Shown: piece after piece, positions 1 to 10,700 of the stretch
How positions within the stretch are numbered: the stretch's first letter is position 1
Layout of the letters: each line of letters opens with the position of its first letter
Assembly (NCBI GenBank): GCA_965223845.1
Contig: CBDCXR010000004.1
Location: 384,001-448,000, forward strand
Direction: 5' to 3'
From: Planctomycetota bacterium
GTDB lineage: Bacteria; Planctomycetota; UBA8108; SXIK01
Length of the DNA: 64,000 nucleotides
Translations under genes and position numbers: made by a program
The notes under the pieces: generated by a model
Databases searched by the model: none
What the model saw: only the letters and a program-made list of their open reading frames with translations
Told to the model about the DNA's origin: nothing

Positions 1-2
1 GA

Positions 3-473
3 AACGCGAACGGGACGGTCTGGTTCGATTTCTGGGGGCTCGATGCGAACTCGGGCGCGGTCCTCTGGGCCGAGTCCCAGGACAACGGCGTCAAGGCCGG
101 CGGAAATCACGGCGAGAAGGACTACCATCCCGTCGTCATGGGCGACCGGATCTATCTCGAGCCATTCGCGCGCTCGCTCTCCGACGGGAGTCTCGTCCCC
201 GATTGGGGATGGCCGCTCGCCGGGAAGCGGCGGGGGTGCGGGACGTTCTCGGCATCCGCGCGAGCGCTCTTCTTCCGGCACGCATCGGCGACGGCGTTCG
301 ATCTCGAATCCCGAACGCTCGATCCCGTGACGCGCGTTACGCGGCCCGGCTGCTGGATCAACATGATCCCCGCGGGAGGGATGGTGCTCGTTCCCGAGGC
401 GAGCTCGGGATGCACTTGCGATCACCCGGTGCAGACTTCGCTGGGGTTCATCGCGGAGTCGATCCTCCGGTAG
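3..473 (+). CDS. Partial (5'-truncated) PQQ/BamB-like beta-propeller repeat protein, C-terminal end
   Basis: Frame is open from base 3 (NANGTVWFDFWGLDANSGAVLW...HPVVMGDRIY). It ends with RPGCWINMIPAGGMVLVPEASSGCTC, the typical C-terminus of planctomycete PQQ-propeller proteins. Confidence 0.7.
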   Translation, partial: NANGTVWFDFWGLDANSGAVLWAESQDNGVKAGGNHGEKDYHPVVMGDRIYLEPFARSLSDGSLVPDWGWPLAGKRRGCGTFSASARALFFRHASATAFDLESRTLDPVTRVTRPGCWINMIPAGGMVLVPEASSGCTCDHPVQTSLGFIAESILR

Positions 474-680
474 CTCGCGCCTCGGCGGGGATCGCGGGCG
501 GCGATCGGTGAATCCGGTGAGCCGCTTTCGGTGCCCGGAACTCCGCGCGAATTCCCGTATGGCTCGGTAGAATGGCGGGCTGGTTGCCCGTGGGCAGACC
601 GATCCGCCTGGGTACGGGAGAAGATTGTGTATCCGACTAGAGAAGCATTCGAGCCGCGAGGTGTCCGCGGCCGAGGGGTG

Positions 681-3600
681 GTGAACGGCCGCGTTAGGGC
701 CGCTCGAATTGCGTTCATGGCCGCGCTCGCATTCGGGATGTCGATTCTCGATCTCGGCGCGCAGACACTCGTCGTCACGGAGTTCCTGACGTCGAACACG
801 AACGGTCTGCTCGATGCCGACGGCGACGATTCAGACTGGGCCGAGTTCCACAACCCGACGGACGCCCCGATTTCGCTCGACGGCTGGGGCGTCACGAACG
901 ACCCCGCCGATGCATTTCAGTGGGTGTTTCCCGCGATCGATCTCGCTCCAGGCGGGTTTCTCGTCGTGTTCGCATCGGGGAAGGATCGCGCGGACCCCGA
1001 GGAAGAGCTCCACCTGAACTTCAGATTGTCGCCGGACGGCGAGTACTTCGCGCTCGTGCGGCCGGACGGCGTCATCGAGCAGGAATTCAATCCCTATCCG
1101 ATTCAGCGGCGGAACGTCTCGTACGGAATCGGCCAGCTCGTCGAGACGACTCCGTTCATCGTCGAGGGCGGGAGCGCGCGCGTTTTCGTTCCGCAGAACG
1201 GCACGGTCGACGCTACGTGGACGACGCGTGAATTCAACGACGCCGGCTGGACGCTCGCCGAGTTGCCCGCGGGATACGACACCGAGGACGGCGGGCCGAT
1301 CATCGATGAAGTCAACCTCGCTCGGGACGGTGTCGCGACGCAATCGTCGACGGCGTTTGGGGGAGATGCGGCGCGGGCGATCGACGGGAACACGAGCGGG
1401 AGTTACGGCAGCAACTCGATCACGCACACCGGGAACAACGCCGGCTCGTGGTGGCAGGTCGATCTCGGCGAGGAGCACCCGCTCGGTCGCATCGTCCTTT
1501 GGAATCGTCTCGATTGCTGTAGTCAGCGGCTGTCGCGGTTTCGCGTGACGGTCACCGATGGCCTGGGGGAAGTGTCGTTCACGGAGGACTACTTCGAGGA
1601 TGGCGGGTTTCCCGCGAACCAGGACTTCGAGATCGAGCTTCCGATCGGGACGCGCGGAGAGATCGTTCGAGTCACCAAGTTCGCGGCTGACTCTTCGGGA
1701 AGTCACTACCTCTCGCTCTCGGAAGTCCAGGTATTCGGCGGCCCGGCCGGGCTCGGGTCGCTCCTCGCGACGGATCTCGAAGCGGAGATGAACGGCGTCG
1801 GATCGTCGCTCTACCTGAGGATTCCTTTCGACTTCGCCGGCGGAACGGAAGTCGAGTTCCTGAATCTCAACATGCGGTACAACGACGGCTTCGTCGCCTA
1901 CCTCAACAACGAGGAGATCGCGCGCGCGAACGCGCCGGGGGCGGTCGCATGGAACTCCGAGGCGACCGCCGAGCGGTCCACTGCCGAGTCGACCGCGTTC
2001 GAGACGTTCAGCGCGTCGAGCGCGGCGCTCAGGGTTGGCGAGAACGTACTCGCCGTGCATCTTCTCAACGTCGCTTCCGACGACACGAATGCGTTCGTCG
2101 ATATCGCGCTCGAAGGCGTCACGATCGAAGACGCGGGCAATGTCTACTTCACGACGCCCACGCCGGGTGGCGCGAATCCCGAAGACGGCCTCGCGGGACT
2201 CGTCGCCGACACCACGTTCAGCGTCGACCGCGGTTTCTACGAGAACCCGATCGAAGTCGAGATTTCGACCCTCACGCCGGGCGCAGTGATCCGCTACACG
2301 ACGGATGAATCCGAGCCGACCGCGACCCACGGAGAGGTCTACTCGGGTCCGATCCAGATCGACACGACCACCGTCCTCCGCGCGGCCGCGTTCCGGAGCG
2401 GATTCGCTCCGACGAACATCGATACGCACACGTACATCTATCTCGACGACGTCATCGCCTCGAGTGTGATGGATCCCGCGATCACCGGGCACGCCGTGTA
2501 CGGCCCCCAGATGCGAAACGCGCTCACCGATCTCCCCACGATTTCCCTCGTCTCGGAAGACGCGTTCAACGACGGGACCGAAGTCAGTACGTCGATCGAG
2601 TTCATCCGCCCGGAGGACGGCTCCGGCTTTCAGGAGAATCTCGGCGTGAAGCGCTTCGGCGGTGCGTTCACCAATTTCGCGAAGAAGAACTTCCGAATGT
2701 ACTTTCGGAGCGAATACGGCGTCCCGAAGCTCAAGTACCGGCTCTTCGAAGGACACGACCGAGGGATCCGAGCGGTCGAGCGATTCGATCAGCTCGAGCT
2801 GCGCTCGGGATCGCACGACATGAACCAGCGCGGGTTCTACATGTCGAACCGATTCACCGACGACACCATGCTCGACATGGGGAACGTCAATCCTCACGGA
2901 CAGTTCGTCCACCTCTATATCAACGGCACCTACTGGGGTCAGTACCACCTGCGCGAGCGGTGGAACGCCGACATGCTCGCCCAGTATCTCGGTGGCGAGA
3001 AGGAAGACTACGAGGCGATCAACGGCAACTGGAACGTCGGCGGCTGGGCGGAGCCCGGAAGTCCGTACGACGGCGACGGCTCGGCGTGGTCGCGCATCAA
3101 ATCCCTTCGGAACAACTACGAAGCGGTGCGGCGCTACCTCGACGTCGGTCACTACGTCGATTTCATGCTCATGTTCATGTTCGGGAATTCGGAGGACGAG
3201 TACCGCTGCGTCGGCCCGACGTCACCCGGGAGCGGGTTTAAGTTCTTTCTGAACGACGCCGACGGCTTTACGCGGAGCGCGGGGAATCGCACCGTGAGGC
3301 AGCAGCCCGGCCGCGAGGATGGAGACGGACCGGGAAGCATCTTCAGCATGCTGCTTGCGGAAGGTCACCCGGACTACAAGACTCTCCTCGGCGATCACGT
3401 CCACCGGCACTTCTTCAACGACGGCCCGATGACGCGCGCGAAGAATATCGCTCGGCTCGAGGAACGCTGTGACCAGGTTCGCCGCGCGTTCTACGCTGAG
3501 GCGGCGCGGTGGGGCTACCGGAGCCCGACATCGTGGGAGTCGGCGAAGAACAGTTACATCAACACGGTGCTCTCGACGCGCACGGAGACCGTGATCTCGC

Positions 3601-5222
3601 AGTACCGGAGCGCCGGATTCTACCCTCGACTCGAGGCGCCGGAGTTCGCCCAGCACGGCGGGCGCATCCCCGAGAGCTACCAGCTCACGATCACCGCTGA
3701 GGACGGGACGGTCTACTACACGCTCGACGGCCGCGATCCCCGGCTGCCGGGAGGAACCGTTCTCCCCGACGCGCTCGAAGCGGGCTCGCTCGAGAAGATC
3801 AAGCTCGTCTCCGAAGGCGCAAGCGCTCGGTGGCTCGTCCCGTCGGACGGCTCCCTCGGACTCGACTGGACGGCGTCCGACGGCTTCGACGACGGTAGCT
3901 GGAACGTCGGGGCGACGGGATTCGGCTACGAACGCTCGTCGGGTTACGAAGACCACATCGCGACGGACGTTGAAGCGGCGATGTACGACGTCAATCCGTC
4001 GATTTACCTCCGGATCCCGTTCGATCTCGACGGCGCACCCGCCGGGACGCTGAAACTGCTCGCGAAGTACGACGACGGATTCGTCGCCTACCTAAACGGA
4101 GTCGAGATTCTGCGAATCAACGTCGACGAGGAGACGGCGTGGAATTCGAGCGCGCTATCGAGCCACAGCGATTCGCTGGCGGTGATCTTCGAGGAATTCG
4201 ACATCCCGGAGCACGTCGGTCTCCTCCGAAACGGCGAGAACGTTCTCGCCTTCCAGGCGATGAACCGGACGACGACGAACGGCGATTTCCTCTTCTCGCC
4301 CGAGCTTCTCGTCGCTCGTCCGCTCGAAGGGCAGGAAATCATCCTCGATCGTACGACGCACGTGAAGTCGCGTGCCTTCGACGGTGTCAACTGGAGTGCA
4401 CTCAACGAGGCGACGTTCGTCCGGCCGTCGCTTCGAATCACCGAGGTCATGTATCACCCCGAGGATCCGGGTCCCGGCGTGGACGACGACGATGTCGAAT
4501 TCGTCGAATTCCAAAACGTGATGGACCACGCGATTTCTCTCGACGGGATTCAGCTCCGCGGCGGGATCGAGTTCGATTTCGGCGAGGGCGACGTGCCGGG
4601 GCTCGATCCGGGTGAGGTCGTCATCGTCGTCGGCGACCGGGACGGCTTCGAGGAGGTCTACGACACGACCGGAATGCTGATCGCGGGCGAGTTCCGCGGG
4701 AATCTTCACAACGCGGCGGATCAGGTGACCCTCATCGAGCACGGCGATACGACGATCGACTTCGTCTACGATGACCGGTGGTATCCGGAAACGGACGGCG
4801 GCGGATTCTCGCTCGTCATCGTGGATCCGCTAGGCGAGCTCGAGAATTGGGGACTCACCGCCGACAGCTGGCGAGTGAGCTCCGATCGAGGGGGCTCGCC
4901 GGGCGTCGACGAGACGGGCGGTTTCACGGGCGGACGTCAGTTCGTCGGTGACTCGAATCAGGACGGCTCGGTGAACATCGCCGACGCCGTGTCGCTTCTT
5001 CAGCGACTCTTCGGCGGAGGTGCGATCGACGCGCTGCCCTGTGATGGCGAAACGATGACGGACGGCGGGAATCTCCGCGTGTTCGACATCAACAGCGACA
5101 GCGGCGTGAATCTCGCGGACGCGGTCTACCTTCTCAACTATCTCTTCGCCGACGGCTCGCCTCCCGCGGCGGGAACTCAGTGCCAGCGGATCGAAGGCTG
5201 CGGGAGCGCGTGCGTCCGGTAG
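681..5222 (+). CDS. Secreted lamin-tail / F-type lectin / CotH-kinase-like / dockerin multidomain protein (paralog A1)
   Basis: ORF 531..5222; start moved to GTG 681, which precedes a signal-peptide-like segment. Motifs: LTD (VVTEFLTSN..DWAEFHN), F-type lectin (H-x26-RLDCCSQR), Fn3-associated/chitobiase-like (IRYTTDESEP), CotH-like core (VHLYINGTYWGQYHLRE), second LTD (LRITEVMYHP), C-terminal paired GDxNxDG loops. Confidence 0.85.
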   Translation: MNGRVRAARIAFMAALAFGMSILDLGAQTLVVTEFLTSNTNGLLDADGDDSDWAEFHNPTDAPISLDGWGVTNDPADAFQWVFPAIDLAPGGFLVVFASGKDRADPEEELHLNFRLSPDGEYFALVRPDGVIEQEFNPYPIQRRNVSYGIGQLVETTPFIVEGGSARVFVPQNGTVDATWTTREFNDAGWTLAELPAGYDTEDGGPIIDEVNLARDGVATQSSTAFGGDAARAIDGNTSGSYGSNSITHTGNNAGSWWQVDLGEEHPLGRIVLWNRLDCCSQRLSRFRVTVTDGLGEVSFTEDYFEDGGFPANQDFEIELPIGTRGEIVRVTKFAADSSGSHYLSLSEVQVFGGPAGLGSLLATDLEAEMNGVGSSLYLRIPFDFAGGTEVEFLNLNMRYNDGFVAYLNNEEIARANAPGAVAWNSEATAERSTAESTAFETFSASSAALRVGENVLAVHLLNVASDDTNAFVDIALEGVTIEDAGNVYFTTPTPGGANPEDGLAGLVADTTFSVDRGFYENPIEVEISTLTPGAVIRYTTDESEPTATHGEVYSGPIQIDTTTVLRAAAFRSGFAPTNIDTHTYIYLDDVIASSVMDPAITGHAVYGPQMRNALTDLPTISLVSEDAFNDGTEVSTSIEFIRPEDGSGFQENLGVKRFGGAFTNFAKKNFRMYFRSEYGVPKLKYRLFEGHDRGIRAVERFDQLELRSGSHDMNQRGFYMSNRFTDDTMLDMGNVNPHGQFVHLYINGTYWGQYHLRERWNADMLAQYLGGEKEDYEAINGNWNVGGWAEPGSPYDGDGSAWSRIKSLRNNYEAVRRYLDVGHYVDFMLMFMFGNSEDEYRCVGPTSPGSGFKFFLNDADGFTRSAGNRTVRQQPGREDGDGPGSIFSMLLAEGHPDYKTLLGDHVHRHFFNDGPMTRAKNIARLEERCDQVRRAFYAEAARWGYRSPTSWESAKNSYINTVLSTRTETVISQYRSAGFYPRLEAPEFAQHGGRIPESYQLTITAEDGTVYYTLDGRDPRLPGGTVLPDALEAGSLEKIKLVSEGASARWLVPSDGSLGLDWTASDGFDDGSWNVGATGFGYERSSGYEDHIATDVEAAMYDVNPSIYLRIPFDLDGAPAGTLKLLAKYDDGFVAYLNGVEILRINVDEETAWNSSALSSHSDSLAVIFEEFDIPEHVGLLRNGENVLAFQAMNRTTTNGDFLFSPELLVARPLEGQEIILDRTTHVKSRAFDGVNWSALNEATFVRPSLRITEVMYHPEDPGPGVDDDDVEFVEFQNVMDHAISLDGIQLRGGIEFDFGEGDVPGLDPGEVVIVVGDRDGFEEVYDTTGMLIAGEFRGNLHNAADQVTLIEHGDTTIDFVYDDRWYPETDGGGFSLVIVDPLGELENWGLTADSWRVSSDRGGSPGVDETGGFTGGRQFVGDSNQDGSVNIADAVSLLQRLFGGGAIDALPCDGETMTDGGNLRVFDINSDSGVNLADAVYLLNYLFADGSPPAAGTQCQRIEGCGSACVR

Positions 5223-5518
5223 TCGACGTCCATCGGGGTCATGTTCGCCGAATGTCCGTCCGCCGCCTCCGATACCGACGCTCGTCCGCCGGAAGAGAGG
5301 ATCTGTCCATTGCGGCGAGCGCGATTCGGTGCTGAAATGAAAGTGGAGACGTTGGGTCGAACGGTAGACTCCACACCAAGACGATTCTGATCGCTTTGAG
5401 AGACCGGGCCGGGGTCCGTTCGGATCATCGCCCCCGGAAGGGTACATCGTAGACGAGCGTCGCTCTCGGGAGAGGGCGTCCTCAGGTTGAGCGAGCGAAC
5501 GGCTCGTAGGAGGGACCG

Positions 5519-7564
5519 ATGCGTCGATGGATCGCGCCCGCGCTAGTGGCGGGAACTCTCGTTCCGAACTTGTTGTTCGGTGCACTTATCAATGTCGCCC
5601 CCATCGGGACGGCGACCCAGTCGTCGGATTTCGGGGCGGGACAGTTTCCTGCGAGTCTCGGGATCGACGGGAACACGGGGAACTTCACTCACACCGCGGC
5701 CGGAGACACGCCCGCGACGTGGCAGGTCGATCTCGGCGTCGCGCTCCCGATCGAGGAGATCATCCTTCACAACCGGGACAACTGCTGTGGCACACGCCTC
5801 CGCGACATCACGGTGCAGATTCTCGACGCGGCGGAGGCGGTCCAGTGGGAATCCGACCTTCTCAATCCCGAGAACGCGGACGGCGCCCCCGAGACGATTC
5901 CGCTCGATATCGTCGCCCTGAACGGAAGCGCAGTGACGGGCTCCATCGTGCGCGTGATTCGTACGCCGGATCCGGACTTTTCGGGGAATCCCGGAGTCGA
6001 AAACGGTGACGAGAGCGACGTGCTCTCCCTCGGCGAAGTCGAAGTCTTCGCCGACTCGGCGAGCCTCCCCCTCACGATTACGAGTCAGCCGCAGGGCCGC
6101 CGAGTCTACGTCGGAACCTGTGAGGTCTCCTTCAACGTCGGCGTCGCGGACACGGCAGACGTCACGTACCAGTGGCGGAAGGACGGCATGGACCTCGCCG
6201 GCGAGACGGGCGCCTCGCTCACGATCGAAAACGTGCAACCGGACGACGCCGGAACGTACGACGTGGTGGTCACTCGGAACGCCGAAGAGGTCACGAGCGA
6301 CGGCGCCGTCCTCGATGTCCCGGGGCGAAACCTCGCGATCTTCGGCTCGGCGTCCCAGACGACCACCGGATTTGGTGGGAACGCCGAGCGCGCGAACGAC
6401 GGCAACACGAACGGTGCCTACCCTGCCGGCTCGGTCACGCACTCGAACGGCGACGAGATGGGCTCGTGGACCGTGCAGCTCTTCGGCGAGAGCACGATCG
6501 ACTCGATCGTCGTCTGGAACCGGACGGACTGCTGCTCGCATCGGCTGATCAACACGAAGGTCTCGGTTCTCGATGCCGGTGGGGCCGAGCTCGAAAGTCA
6601 CGAGATCACCGAGGACACGACGGGCGTCGTGAACGTTCCGATCGTCTTCGCGGCGCCGGTGCCCGGCGCGGCCGCCGTTCGCGTCCAGCGAACCGCCGCC
6701 GATGGCGAGGGCGCCAACTGGCTCTCCCTCGCTGAGGTCGAGGTCTTCGGCGACGGTCCGTTCCCCGTCGACGATCCGAACCTCACGCAGCGCTGCGGCG
6801 TGAGCGTGTCGCAGTCGACGCAGCTCGGCGGATTCGCGCCGGAGCTCGCGATCGACGGCAATCTCGGGAACTTCACCCACACGCTCGGGAGCGACGACGC
6901 GGCCCAGTGGGAGATCGACTTCGGCGAGGTGATCGACATCGGCCAGGTCATTCTCTACAACCGAACGAGCTGCTGTGGTTCGCGCCTTCGCGATATCACG
7001 GTCGAAGTCCTTGCGGGCGATGTGGTGGTCTACACCTCGGAGCTCCTCAACGCCGAGAACGCGCTCGGCGCGTTCCCGAACGGTCCGCCCACGCTGGACG
7101 TCGACATCATCGAGGACACCGGCGGCACCGTTCAGGGCGACAAGGTGCGCGTTTCGCGCGCCCCGGATCCGGACCTCTCGGGTTCCGGCGGACAAGGGAA
7201 CGCGGACGAGGGGAACGTCCTTTCTCTGGGCGAGGTGCAGATCTTTGCTGCGCCGGTCCTCAGCCAGATCACGGGCGACTGCAACCAGGACGGCGAGCTC
7301 AATATCGCTGACGTCCTTTGCGGCGTCGGCCTCCTCTACCCGGGATTCCTGCTTCTCAGCGAGCCGGCGAACTTGCCGTGTTCCGGAGACCTCGGGAACC
7401 TCGCGGTGCTCGACACCAACGGCGACCTCGCCCTCGGCAACGCCGATCTGGCTCACCTCGCGATGTTCCTCTTCGGGGGTGGCGCGGCGCCGAACGGTGG
7501 CGCGGGCTGCCGCCTCATCGATAAGGGATCGTCGGGCTGCGACACCAATCCCGGCTGCCTCTAG
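5519..7564 (+). CDS. Secreted protein with three F-type lectin (discoidin-fold) domains, an Ig domain and a dockerin-like tail (paralog B1)
   Basis: RBS AGGAGG before ATG; hydrophobic N-terminus; three THT..NRxxCCxxRL..LSLxEV repeats; Ig I-set motif YQWRKDG..DAGTYDVVV; GDCNQDG and DTNGD loops at the end. Confidence 0.85.
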   Translation: MRRWIAPALVAGTLVPNLLFGALINVAPIGTATQSSDFGAGQFPASLGIDGNTGNFTHTAAGDTPATWQVDLGVALPIEEIILHNRDNCCGTRLRDITVQILDAAEAVQWESDLLNPENADGAPETIPLDIVALNGSAVTGSIVRVIRTPDPDFSGNPGVENGDESDVLSLGEVEVFADSASLPLTITSQPQGRRVYVGTCEVSFNVGVADTADVTYQWRKDGMDLAGETGASLTIENVQPDDAGTYDVVVTRNAEEVTSDGAVLDVPGRNLAIFGSASQTTTGFGGNAERANDGNTNGAYPAGSVTHSNGDEMGSWTVQLFGESTIDSIVVWNRTDCCSHRLINTKVSVLDAGGAELESHEITEDTTGVVNVPIVFAAPVPGAAAVRVQRTAADGEGANWLSLAEVEVFGDGPFPVDDPNLTQRCGVSVSQSTQLGGFAPELAIDGNLGNFTHTLGSDDAAQWEIDFGEVIDIGQVILYNRTSCCGSRLRDITVEVLAGDVVVYTSELLNAENALGAFPNGPPTLDVDIIEDTGGTVQGDKVRVSRAPDPDLSGSGGQGNADEGNVLSLGEVQIFAAPVLSQITGDCNQDGELNIADVLCGVGLLYPGFLLLSEPANLPCSGDLGNLAVLDTNGDLALGNADLAHLAMFLFGGGAAPNGGAGCRLIDKGSSGCDTNPGCL

Positions 7565-7710
7565 TCGAACGGCCTGAGGGATGTTGACGAGTGAGGGGCG
7601 ACCCGGGACGATCGGGTCGTCCCTCACTCTTTTTGGTTCGAGTTTGGGGCATGGCGGGGCGGACTCAGGGATCTAGATCCGTGGACAGGCCGCCGGCGAT
7701 AGGAGTTTGC

Positions 7711-10700
7711 GTGGAATCGAGCTGCAGTCACGTTCGGGTGGGGTTGCGGGTCCTCGGCTATTCGATCGCGGCGGTCGCGTGTCTCTGGCGGCCCTTGGCC
7801 GCTCAGAGCGACGTCCGCATCACCGAGTTTCTCGCCGTGAACGATGGCATCGTCGTGGACGAGAACGACGACGCGTCCGACTTCATCGAGGTTCACAATG
7901 CGGGAGTCTCGGCCGTGGATCTCGACGGCTGGTTCCTCACCGACGATCCGGCCGTGCTTCTTTGGCAGTTTCCGGCGGTGACTCTGGCACCGGGTGATTT
8001 CCTCCTCGTCTTCGCGTCCGGCAAGGATCGCCGCAATCCCGATTCGGAACTCCACACGAACTTCCGGCTTGCGGGGGATGGCGACTATCTCGCGATTGCG
8101 GAGCCGGACGGAACGATCGTCCACGAATTCGCGCCCACGTTTCCCACCCAGCGAGAGGATGTCTCGTACGGAATCGGGCAGACCGTCGAGGCGACGGAGC
8201 TGGTCGGCGAGCGCACGGCGGTCCGCGTGCTCGTTCCCTCGGGTGGCGGGGACGGCCTCGACTGGACCGAGCGAGTTTTCGACGACGCGAGTTGGCGCGC
8301 GGGGACGACCGGTGTCGGCTACGACACGGACGACACGATCCAGCCGGCCCCGGGTGAGTCGCGCAATCTCGCGATCGAAGGACTCGCGTCACAGTCGTCG
8401 ACCCTGGGCGGGTTCGTCGCCGGACTCGGGATCGACGGCGACCCGGGCAATTTCACGCACACGGCCGCGGGCCAGAATCTACCGGCGACGTGGGAGCTCG
8501 ATCTCCAGGGGACGTTTCCGATCGCTTCGATCGTCCTCCACAACCGCGACGGTTGCTGCGCGTCGCGGCTTCGCGACATCACGGTGTTCGTTCTCGATGA
8601 GAGCGGCAACAACACGCTCTACGAGAGCGACCTCCTCAACCCGGAGAACGAGCTCGGCGGACCGGACGAGATCACGATCAACCTCGTCGAGGAGCTCGGT
8701 GGCGGCGTGAACGGCGGCATCGTCCGCGTAGTCCGCACTCCCGATCCCGATCTTTCGGGTACCGGCGGCGCGGGCAACTCCGACGAGCCGGACGTGCTCT
8801 CCCTCGGCGAAGTCGAGGTGTGGGAGGGCGCGAGCGGATACGGCCGGTTCATCGGAACCGACGTCGAGGCGGAGATGTCCGGCGAGCACGCGACGGCGTA
8901 TCTGCGGATACCGTTCGACGTCGCTGATCCCGCTGATTTCGATCTGCTGACGCTCAGGATGCGCTACGACGACGGCTTCGTCGCCTACGTCAACGGGATG
9001 GAGGTCGCTCGTCGAAACGCCCCCGACTCGCCCGCTTGGAACTCGTCGGCATCGGGATCGCGGTCCGATTCTCTCGCCGTGGTGTACGAGACGATCAACG
9101 TGACGAGCGGGATCGACGCACTCGTCGCGGGGACGAATATCCTCGCGATCCACGGGCTCAACACGAGCACGGGCAGCTCGGACTTCCTGATCGCTCCTCT
9201 TCTCGAGGGCGCGAGTCTCGTCGGCGGCGGCGAAGTGTATTTCTTGGAGCCGACACCGGGCGCCCCGAACGACAAGCCGGGCTTCGCGGGATTCGTGGGC
9301 GACACGACGTTCAGTCTCGATCGCGGTTTTTACAGCACGCCGTTCGACGTCGAGATCACGACGAGCACGGAGGGCGCCTCGATTCGCTACACGTTCGACG
9401 GGACGGAGCCGACGCCGACGCGAGGCTTCGTCTATTCCGGCCCGATCACCATCGACACGACGACGAATCTTCGGGCGATCGCGTACAAGTCGGGCCTCGA
9501 GCCGTCGAACGTCGATGCGCAGACGTACATTTTCCTCGACGAGATCGTCGTCCAGGATCGTCAGGCCACGCTCGACCGCGGATTCCCCTCGAGTTGGGGA
9601 AGCACGTCCGCCGACTACGGCATGGATCCCGATGTCATCGGACAGAACGGTACGGATCGCTACGGCGGGAAATACACGCAGACGATCAGGGACGATCTTC
9701 TCGCCGTGCCGACCGTATCGATCGCGATGGACATCGACGATATGTTCGGCTCGGGCGGCATCTACACGAACTCGGGAAGCCGCGGCCTCTCCTGGGAGCG
9801 TCCCTGCTCGTTCGAGATCATCTATCCCGACGGTCGGCGCGGAAAGCAGGTGAACTGCGGCGTGCGCATCCAGGGCGGAGCGTTTCGGAGTCACGGACTC
9901 ACGAAGAAGCACTCGCTTCGCTTCCTCTTCAAGGCGATCTACGGGCCGACGAAGCTGCGCCATCCCTTTCTCAAGGGCGGCGGCGCCGAGAGGTTCGACA
10001 CGCTGACGTTCCGCGCGAACTCGAACGACGGCTGGCAGTGGAGCGGGGCGGGCGACAAGCCGCTTTACGTGCGCGATTCTCTCGGGCGCGAGATCATGCT
10101 CGCCATGGGGCAGCCGGCCTCGCACGAGACGTTCGTCCACCTCTTCATCAACGGGGTCTACTGGGGTCTCTACAACCCGGTCGAGCGGCCCGATCACTCC
10201 TTCTCGTCGATCTACGTTGCGGGAGAGAAGGAAGAGTGGGATGCGATCAGCAACGGCTCGGCGACGAACGGCGACAAGAACGCGTGGAATACGCTCGTCT
10301 CGCGAGCGCGGGCAGGACTGTCGAGCAACACGGCGTACTTCTCGCTCTGCGGAAAGGACCCGGACGGGACGCCGAACCCGGCGCTCGAGACGTTCATCGA
10401 CCCGGTCAACTTCGCCGACTACATGATCACGAATCTCTATCTCGGAAACACCGACTGGCCGAACAAGAACTACTGGATGGGGCGGCGGCGCGTCGATGCG
10501 ACCGGCTTCAAGTTCTACATGTGGGACTCGGAGTGGTCGCTCGATCTGCGTTCGAGCGTTAACGAGAACCGTCTCGGAGTGAACGTCGGCATCGCGGAGC
10601 CGTGGCCGTTCATGCGGCAGAACGCCGAGTTCCGCCTCCTCGTCGCCGATCGCCTGCACAAGCATTTCTTCAACGGCGGTCCGCTCTACGTCGATCCGGC

